A stretch of 51,148 bases of DNA, from positions 1,426-52,573 of the forward strand of contig CAXTHM010000012.1 in the NCBI GenBank assembly GCA_964244115.1, written 5' to 3'. Source of the stretch: an uncultured Thermomicrobiales bacterium (lineage in GTDB: Bacteria; Chloroflexota; Chloroflexia; Thermomicrobiales; UBA6265). The translations under genes and the position numbers were made by a program. Under the pieces are notes generated by a model. That model ran no database searches and was not told the DNA's origin. It saw only the letters and a program-made list of their open reading frames with translations. Shown here piece by piece: positions 37,739 through 44,549 of the stretch (the stretch's first letter is position 1; every line of letters begins with the position of its first letter).

Positions 37739-38368
37739 ATGAGCCACGTCACCACGGACTCCGTCTGGGCGGTCGTCCTTGCCGCCGGGACGTCCAGCCG
37801 GCTCGGGCAGCCCAAGCAGCTTCTCGACCTCGACGGCGAGCCGGTCCTGAACCACGTCCTCCGGGCAACGGCGATGTCCGAGCTCGGCGGCACCGTGCTG
37901 GTCCTCGGGCATCAGGCGACCGAGATCGGGTCGGCCATCGGCGACTTCGGGCAGGTGGCAGTGGTCAACCCGGCCTACGCCGAGGGCCAGAGCACCAGCC
38001 TCAGGGTGGGGATTGGTGCTCTGCCAGCCGACGCATCGGCGGCGGTCGTCCTGCTCGGCGACCAGCCGCTCGTCACCCCGGCCCTGATCGATCGCGTCGT
38101 GGCGACGTTCATCGAGCGAGGCTCCACCGACCGCTTCGTGCAGACCCGATACGGCGACACGTCCGCGCCGCCTGTGCTGATCGGCCGGGCCTGGTTCGCC
38201 AGTCTGGGCGGCATCAGCGGCGATCAGGGCGCCCGTGAGCTGATCCGCGAGCATCGTGGCAAGGTCAATGTCGTCGAGAGCGATCAGGACCGCCCGCTCG
38301 ATATCGACACGATGGCGGACTACCGGGAACTGCTCCGGCGGTTTGGCAACGGCGGCGAACGTGCGTAG
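37739..38368 (+). CDS. mocA: Molybdenum cofactor cytidylyltransferase (MocA-like NTP transferase)
   Basis: VVLAAGTSSRLGQPKQLL, GQSTSL, LGDQP, GDQGAR and DIDT. Confidence 0.85.
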   Translation: MSHVTTDSVWAVVLAAGTSSRLGQPKQLLDLDGEPVLNHVLRATAMSELGGTVLVLGHQATEIGSAIGDFGQVAVVNPAYAEGQSTSLRVGIGALPADASAAVVLLGDQPLVTPALIDRVVATFIERGSTDRFVQTRYGDTSAPPVLIGRAWFASLGGISGDQGARELIREHRGKVNVVESDQDRPLDIDTMADYRELLRRFGNGGERA

Positions 38369-38577
38369 GGGACTCGACGGGGTGGGACGACGCTGTGACG
38401 GTGTGCATCACCTTGGCGGCCAGAGGGGTACAAATACTCCGGAACACTTTATGATTGGGTTCGTCGTCGTATCGCGCCCGATGGCTCCGGGCGGCTGGAT
38501 CAGACACCCGAACAGCGCCAACTCCACGGATCGTCCGGATTCACCGACGGCTGGCAACCAGGAACAGGGGATGTGAC

Positions 38578-39072
38578 GTGGACAATGGACCCCGCGGACC
38601 GATTCTTGGCGGGATCACCGCCATCATCCTCGGTCTCGCCACGGCGTTCTTCTGGTACTACCGGAACGGTGACGACTTCTACAAGCCCGACTACACGACG
38701 ACCAGATACCAGTTCATCCTCGAACTGAATGCCTTCGAGATCACCCTCGTCGGTCTGGCGCTGACGCTCGGCGTCTACTCCGCCATCGGCCTCTTCTCCT
38801 ACTTCCTCGATGGGCCGCAGGTCCATATCGGCCGGTCCGGACCGCAACTGACCGATGGCACCGCGGCCGCCCTCGGGATCTTCAGCGTCCTGACCGCTAT
38901 CTGCGCCGTGGTCTTCGCGATCGGTGTCGTCCAGGACTGGGGTCGCGAGGTGATGGGCCTGTCGATCGGGCTCGGCTTCGTCTTCGCCGCCTTCGTCCTC
39001 GGCTTCTTCAAGCAGGGATTCGTCGGCGAGGAAGGCCGCTTTGACGATCGCGAAGACGGCATCCCCTGGTAG
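38578..39072 (+). CDS. Four-TM membrane protein, putative FbcX-like subunit of the Rieske/cytochrome b complex
   Basis: 164 aa with 4 hydrophobic segments, IGLFSYFLDG and a C-terminal acidic tail ending in PW; directly upstream of the Rieske gene; resembles Thermus FbcX as recalled. Confidence 0.65.
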   Translation: MDNGPRGPILGGITAIILGLATAFFWYYRNGDDFYKPDYTTTRYQFILELNAFEITLVGLALTLGVYSAIGLFSYFLDGPQVHIGRSGPQLTDGTAAALGIFSVLTAICAVVFAIGVVQDWGREVMGLSIGLGFVFAAFVLGFFKQGFVGEEGRFDDREDGIPW

Positions 39073-39127
39073 CCACTTTTCCTAGAAACGCCAGAAACCC
39101 CATGATTCTCGACAGGAGCGTTCCCCG

Positions 39128-39736
39128 ATGACTTCTCATCAGACACCGAGTGGGCCGGGACCGATCGGCCTCACCCGTCCCGATCAGGGACAGGTCAGTC
39201 CGTTGACGCCGCAGCAGCAGAAGGCGCTCGGTAACCGGCGCCGCTTCCTCCAGGCCACCGTCGGCGGCAGCCTCGCGGCGATTGGCGTCGCTTTCGCCTT
39301 CCCCGTCCTCGCGCTCAAGGCGATCACCCAGTACACGGACGACGTCGCGGAAGGTGATGTCATCGGGGACGCGGGCAGCAACACCCCGCTCGACATCGCC
39401 ACGTTCGCCGTCAACACGGCGGCCTACGCGGGTCCGCTCGGCAAGCCGGGCCAGTCCAACCCGAACAAGCTGGAGATCGTCAGAGTCGGCGAGGCGGGGA
39501 CGGCCGAGGATTTTCGAGCGTACAACCAGATCTGCACGCATCTCGGCTGCTCGGTCCTGCCGACGTTGAACGAGCAGAACAACATCCACTGCCCGTGTCA
39601 TGGGAGCGTCTTCGCCTCGGATGATGGCTCGGTTCTCGCCGGACCGGCACCGCGGCCACTGCCCTCCATCCCCGTTGCGCTCGACGATCAGGGCCGGCTC
39701 GTGATCGCCGGCGAATACAACGCCGAACTCGGCTAG
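39128..39736 (+). CDS. qcrA: Rieske 2Fe-2S subunit of the Rieske/cytochrome b complex
   Basis: Tat motif NRRRFLQ plus TM helix, CTHLGC, CPCHGSVF and GPAPRPL. Confidence 0.95.
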   Translation: MTSHQTPSGPGPIGLTRPDQGQVSPLTPQQQKALGNRRRFLQATVGGSLAAIGVAFAFPVLALKAITQYTDDVAEGDVIGDAGSNTPLDIATFAVNTAAYAGPLGKPGQSNPNKLEIVRVGEAGTAEDFRAYNQICTHLGCSVLPTLNEQNNIHCPCHGSVFASDDGSVLAGPAPRPLPSIPVALDDQGRLVIAGEYNAELG

Positions 39737-39753
39737 GTCGAAGGGGGATCGGG

Positions 39754-41307
39754 ATGATGCGGAGACTCTTCAACCGGGTGGAAGCGGCCGGCAAGGTCGC
39801 GGTGAGCGAGACGGTGGGACACTCCCCCTCCGGCGCGCAGCGGGTTATCAGAACCAACGGGACGGTGAGCCGGAACGGGCACTCCGGTGACCTGACGGGC
39901 GTCATCTCCGACCTCCGCGGTGAGGCCCGCCAGACCGCACGCGAGCGCCGCGAGAGCAAGAGCTGGTTCGAGGAGCGGCTGGGCATCAGCGGCCTGAACA
40001 AGCACTATGGCCGCAAGGCGTTCCCGGTCCATAGCACGTATTTCTTCGGTGAGATCTCGACGTTCGCGTTTCTGATCCTCATCATCACCGGCATCCTGCT
40101 GGCCTTCGTCTACATCCCCTCGGACACCATCGTCGGCTACGTCCCGTCCGGTGGGCCGGACGAGATCGCGCCGCAGGGTTACCAGTACCCGCAGGCCTAC
40201 GCCAGCATCCTCGCGATCGAGGCGAATACCGTCCTGGCGCTGATCCGGAACGTCCATCACTGGGCGTCTCATCTGTTCATCTTCGCGATCCTGCTCCACA
40301 CCTTCCGGATCTTCTTCCAGGGCACGTATCGCAAGCCGCGCGAGCTGAACTGGATCGTCGGCGTCGTCCTGCTCGTCCTCGCGATCGCCAACGCGTTCTT
40401 CGGCTACTCGCTCCCGTTCGACGCCTACTCCATCGCCGCGACCAGCATCGGCGTCAACCTCGCCCGGGCGGTCCCCTTCATCGGCGACTGGGCGGGGGCG
40501 CTGGTCTTCGGTGACTCGACGTACCCGGTGGCCGGAAGCCTGGGACGGCTCTACGCCCTGCACATCTTCGTGCTGCCGGCCCTGCTGGCTGGCGCCATCG
40601 CCGCTCACTTGATCATCCTCATCAAGACCAAGCACAGCCAGCCGGTCTACGCCAAGAAGATCGCCGAGCCGGGACGCGTCCTCGGCGTCCCGCTGTTCCC
40701 GCAGCAGGCCGTCCTCGGTATCCAGCTGCTGTTCCTCACCCTGGGCGGACTGTTCCTGCTCTCGTCCTTCGTGCCGATCCACACCGTCGAGGCGTACGGT
40801 CCTCCGGGTTCGGTCCTGGAGGAAGTCAAGCCCGAGTGGTACTTCATGTGGATCTACGGTCTGCTCCGGATCCTGCCATCGTTCGAGCTCTTCGGCATCA
40901 TCGACAACAACTTCGTCGCCGGTCTGCTCTTCCCGGGTATCGCGTTCGGTCTGCTCGCCATGGCGCCGTTCCTGGACCGGACCAACCGCGGTCGTGGGCT
41001 GCGCCGGGTCGAGTACTACGAGCCGATGAGCCAGGCCCCGATCCGGACGACGATCGGCGTCTTCTCGCTCCTCTACGTCTCGATCCTGTTCGTGGCCGCC
41101 TACTACGACCACCCGTTCTCGCTGACGATCGGCCAGACCTGGCTGATCACGCTCGGAGTGCCGCTGATCATCTCGATCGCGACCTATGTCCTGATGAAGG
41201 CACGTGAACCCAAGGGAGCCGACCGCTTCGACCCGCGGGGCTACTACGACGAGGAGGACATGGACGACGCCGAGCAGGAGAGCCGCCCCGCTCGCGCTGC
41301 GGACTAA
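39754..41307 (+). CDS. qcrB: Cytochrome b (unsplit, b plus subunit IV)
   Basis: RNVHHWASH..LLH, YRKPRELNWIVG, GYSLPFD, ALH..AAH and KPEWYF. Confidence 0.95.
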   Translation: MMRRLFNRVEAAGKVAVSETVGHSPSGAQRVIRTNGTVSRNGHSGDLTGVISDLRGEARQTARERRESKSWFEERLGISGLNKHYGRKAFPVHSTYFFGEISTFAFLILIITGILLAFVYIPSDTIVGYVPSGGPDEIAPQGYQYPQAYASILAIEANTVLALIRNVHHWASHLFIFAILLHTFRIFFQGTYRKPRELNWIVGVVLLVLAIANAFFGYSLPFDAYSIAATSIGVNLARAVPFIGDWAGALVFGDSTYPVAGSLGRLYALHIFVLPALLAGAIAAHLIILIKTKHSQPVYAKKIAEPGRVLGVPLFPQQAVLGIQLLFLTLGGLFLLSSFVPIHTVEAYGPPGSVLEEVKPEWYFMWIYGLLRILPSFELFGIIDNNFVAGLLFPGIAFGLLAMAPFLDRTNRGRGLRRVEYYEPMSQAPIRTTIGVFSLLYVSILFVAAYYDHPFSLTIGQTWLITLGVPLIISIATYVLMKAREPKGADRFDPRGYYDEEDMDDAEQESRPARAAD

Positions 41308-41329
41308 CCGTTGTCTTCATTTCCCCTTC

Positions 41330-41373
41330 AACGAGAACGGAGGGCGCCAAACTTGGCGCCCTCCGTTCTCGTT
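41330..41373 (+). terminator. 21-bp perfect inverted repeat after cytochrome b
   Basis: AACGAGAACGGAGGGCGCCAA-AC-TTGGCGCCCTCCGTTCTCGTT. Confidence 0.75.
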
Positions 41374-41465
41374 CGTGCTGTAGGAAACGCTCTGGCCAAG
41401 CGGCGCCCTACTTCGTAGAGATGATCTTGAGGCGTGGCTCATAGCGGTTGATGGTGGAGCTGCCT

Positions 41466-41547
41466 CCCCCTCTCCATCCGGTCCGGACGGAGTCGCCCGC
41501 AGGCGACGGAGGTGGACCGAGATGGAGAGGGGGCCGGGGGGTGGGGC
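41466..41547 (+). repeat. CCCCCTCTCC/GGAGAGGGGG-type palindromic element
   Basis: CCCCCTCTCCATC..GATGGAGAGGGGG stem, inner GTCGCC-CGCA-GGCGAC hairpin, G-rich tail. Confidence 0.6.
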
Positions 41548-41664
41548 TGGCCGCTCACGACCGACGAGGGTTATGAGATGCGCTCTGGTAATCGTCCGCA
41601 CCGCCCGACGACATGTTTGACTCGTACGGCCGGTCGAAATGACCACCCGTGTGGCCGAGCCTGC

Positions 41665-41722
41665 TATCGCCCTGCGGGGCGATGGCCGCTGCGGCGGCCA
41701 GAATCGCAGGCTGCGCCCCTAC
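41665..41722 (-). repeat. Family B GTAG-REP copy
   Basis: The reverse complement GTAGGGGCGCAGCCTGCGATTCTGGCCGCCGCAGCGGCCATCGCCCCGCAGGGCGATA matches 23150-23207. Confidence 0.85.
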
Positions 41723-41765
41723 GGACAGTCGCGTTGGCTCCTTGCTCTCCGGGAGGGAGAGGCAA

Positions 41766-41804
41766 GCGAGACGGCCCACCAGTTCTATCGGTGGGCCGTC
41801 TCGC
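41766..41804 (-). terminator. Hairpin downstream of the class III aminotransferase
   Basis: GCGAGACGGCCCACC-N9-GGTGGGCCGTCTCGC. Confidence 0.65.
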
Positions 41805-41830
41805 GTCTGGTTCTGTTGTCGATCAGATGG

Positions 41831-43204
41831 TTAGCGGAACAGGTCGTCGTCCGCCATCCGACCGAGCGTGGCGTTGAAGGCGTCGAGGGTCCGCTCGATG
41901 TCCTGGTCAGTGTGGGCGACGCTGGTCAGGCCGCCGCCGCCGAACAGGTCGACGCCCTGGAGGAGCATCCCCTGGCCGAGGGTGACCGCGAGCCCGCTCC
42001 TGCCAGAGGCCTTGGAGCCGGAGAGGTCGATACCCTGGGGTCGCCGGATGTCGTCCTCGGGGTTGGTGCACTCGACGCCCAGCGCGACGTGGAACGTCGA
42101 GCTCTCGCCCCAGACGAAGCCGGGGGCGTTATGGCGACGGAGCGCCTGGTTCATCCCGACGCGGAGCTTCGCGGCCTGCTCATCGCAGAACGACTGCACC
42201 TCGGGGTCGCTGACGAGGTCGAGGCAGGCGACTCCAGCCGCGGCCGACATCGGGTTGGCGTTGTAGGTGCCCGGGTGGCGGACCTTGCGGTTGGCATTCC
42301 AGTCCGGGTCGTCCTTGAACGCGAGCAACTGCATGACCTCCAGTCGCCCGGCGACGGCGCCGCCCGGCAGCCCGCCGGCGACGATCTTGGCCATCGTCGT
42401 CAGGTCCGGGGTGACGCCGAATTTCGCCTGGGCGCCGCCCGGCGACCAGCGAAAGCCCGTGATGACCTCGTCGAAGATCAACAGGCTGCCGTTGGCCGAG
42501 GTCGCCTCGCGGAGCTGGCCGAGAAACTCATCGTCGGGGAGCGGGACCATCGACCACGACCCGCCGCTGGCTTCCAGGATCACCGCCGCGACGTCGCCGA
42601 CGGCGAGCCGGGTCCGGACCGTCTCGATATCGGCCGGCAGGACGTCGACGGTGCCGAGAACTTCCTCGGGCACGCCGGCGACGTGGTCGTCGTGGAGGCT
42701 GCGCTCGCCCTTGAGCAGGTAGTCGTTCCAGCCGTGGAAGTGACCGGCGAACTTGACGATCTTGGTCCGGCCCGTCGCGGCCCGGGCGAGTCGGACGGCC
42801 AGCATCGTCGACTCCGTGCCGGAGCCGGTGAACTTCACCTGCTCGGCGGAGGGGACCAGCTTGCGGATCCGGTCGGCCCAGCGGACCTCGCCGTCGTGCC
42901 CGGCGCCGAAGTGGGTGCCCTGGGCGAGCTGCTCGCGGATCGCCGTCGAGACCAGCGGGTTGTTGTGGCCCAGGATCAGGGAGCCGTGGCCGATCGCGTA
43001 GTCGATCAGCTCATGGCCATCGACCGACCACTTGTGGGAGCCCTCGGCGCGTTCGACCGTGACCGGGAACGGGCGGAAGTGGCGGCTATCGTGGGTGACC
43101 CCACCGGGAATCAGCGTCCGGGCCCGCTCGTAGCGTACCTTCGAGATCGCGAAGTGCTCGGTGAACTCGCTGCCGATCGACTGCCGTGTTGCTGTCTGAA
43201 CCAT
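41831..43204 (-). CDS. Class III PLP aminotransferase, glutamate-1-semialdehyde aminomutase-like
   Basis: IPGGV, SGTES, GHFHGW, FDEVITGFR, TMAKIVAGGLP and HPGTYNANP. Confidence 0.88.
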   Translation of the reverse strand: MVQTATRQSIGSEFTEHFAISKVRYERARTLIPGGVTHDSRHFRPFPVTVERAEGSHKWSVDGHELIDYAIGHGSLILGHNNPLVSTAIREQLAQGTHFGAGHDGEVRWADRIRKLVPSAEQVKFTGSGTESTMLAVRLARAATGRTKIVKFAGHFHGWNDYLLKGERSLHDDHVAGVPEEVLGTVDVLPADIETVRTRLAVGDVAAVILEASGGSWSMVPLPDDEFLGQLREATSANGSLLIFDEVITGFRWSPGGAQAKFGVTPDLTTMAKIVAGGLPGGAVAGRLEVMQLLAFKDDPDWNANRKVRHPGTYNANPMSAAAGVACLDLVSDPEVQSFCDEQAAKLRVGMNQALRRHNAPGFVWGESSTFHVALGVECTNPEDDIRRPQGIDLSGSKASGRSGLAVTLGQGMLLQGVDLFGGGGLTSVAHTDQDIERTLDAFNATLGRMADDDLFR

Positions 43205-43466
43205 GGCGCTGATGCCCTCCAGTGGTGTCCCGCGCCCCTGCCGGGAGCTCCGGGACGGCACTGTACGACGAAGAGTTCGGGGCGATCCGGACTGTCCGGA
43301 CTATAGGTTGCCGGAGTGTCACTGTAAAGGGAGTCGTCGGCCTCGCGGACCGATTGCGGGAGCCTCGACGCCGTGCTACCGTCCCGGTCCACTCGGTGCG
43401 ATCGTCCGCAATCCTCGGCGACGGAGCGCGGATGCGCCATCTCCCTGACTTCCAAGAGGACCGTCG

Positions 43467-44504
43467 ATGCACCTCTCCATGCTCCCGCGCTACCCCTTGC
43501 TCAGCGGCCCGACGCCACTTCAGCGCGCCACCAATCTGGAAGCCGCGCTCGGGAGTCGTTCGCCCCGAATCTATATCAAGCGTGACGACTTGACGGGACT
43601 GGCCTACGGGGGCAACAAAGCCCGGAAGCTGGAGTACCTCGTCGCCGACGCCCTCGCGCGGCGGTCGACCATCCTGGTGACCGAGGGCGCGGCCCAGAGT
43701 AACCACGCCCGGCTGACCGCGGCCGCGGCCGCGAAGGCGGGGCTGGAGTGCCTGCTCATCCTTGACACCCGCAACGGGGACGAACTCAGCGGCAACCTGC
43801 TCCTCGACCACCTGATGGGTGCCGAGGTCCGGCTGGTGTCGGATCAGGTCACCCGACGGAAGGTCATGGCGACGATCGGGGACGACCTGATCGCCGATGG
43901 GCAGCACCCGTACGTGATCCCGACCGGTGGCAGCGTCCCGCTCGGGGCGGCCGGGTACGTCGCGTTCGTGCTGGAGTTGCTCGGCCAGTTGCAGGCCGTC
44001 GGCGAGGCGCCCCGTCGGATCTACCTGGCGACCGGGTCAGCGGGGACGCAGGCGGGCATCGAGGTCGGCGTCCGGGCGTTCAGCGCCTCATTCCTCGTCC
44101 AGGGCATCGCCGTCTCCGGGACGGCCTATGACATGGCGAAGCAGACGTCCGACCTCGCGCAGGAGACCGCGACGCTCCTCCACACCCGGCAGCGGTTTCA
44201 CTTCGGCGAGGTCCTCGTCGACGACGGCTTCATCGGATCGGGCTACGGCAAGGCGACCCCGGAAGGGCTGGACGCGATCCGGCTGCTGGCCCGGACCGAA
44301 GCGATCTTCCTCGACCCGGTCTACTCCGGCAAGGCCATGGCCGGGCTGCTCCACCACATCGCGACCGGCGAGCTCCGGCCCAACGACTCGGTCGTCTTCC
44401 TCCACACCGGCGGCGGACCGTCCGTCTTCACCTGGAACGAGCGGCTCATGCAGACACCCAGGAGCGCCATCGTGCTGGGACCGGATGTTGAGGCGACGCG
44501 GTAG
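43467..44504 (+). CDS. dcyD: D-cysteine desulfhydrase family PLP enzyme
   Basis: IKRDD..GGNKARKLE, QSNHAR, GSAGTQAG, LDPVYSGKA and HTGG. Confidence 0.85.
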   Translation: MHLSMLPRYPLLSGPTPLQRATNLEAALGSRSPRIYIKRDDLTGLAYGGNKARKLEYLVADALARRSTILVTEGAAQSNHARLTAAAAAKAGLECLLILDTRNGDELSGNLLLDHLMGAEVRLVSDQVTRRKVMATIGDDLIADGQHPYVIPTGGSVPLGAAGYVAFVLELLGQLQAVGEAPRRIYLATGSAGTQAGIEVGVRAFSASFLVQGIAVSGTAYDMAKQTSDLAQETATLLHTRQRFHFGEVLVDDGFIGSGYGKATPEGLDAIRLLARTEAIFLDPVYSGKAMAGLLHHIATGELRPNDSVVFLHTGGGPSVFTWNERLMQTPRSAIVLGPDVEATR

Positions 44505-44549
44505 GCCGGGCCGGGTCTCCGGTCGGAGACTCCTCGTATACTTCAGCGG

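Noticed and set aside
38394-38412. Rex or Crp/Fnr-like site upstream of the fbcX-like gene
   Set aside because: TGTGA half site only; spacing and right half fit neither consensus
41831-43204. hemL call
   Set aside because: GTYNANP and GHFHGW differ from typical HemL (GTLSGNP, GCYHGH) and there is no hem gene context
43467-44504. ACC deaminase (acdS) call
   Set aside because: Has DPVYSGK and HTGG rather than the Glu and Leu residues (DPVYEGK, HLGG) diagnostic of true ACC deaminases
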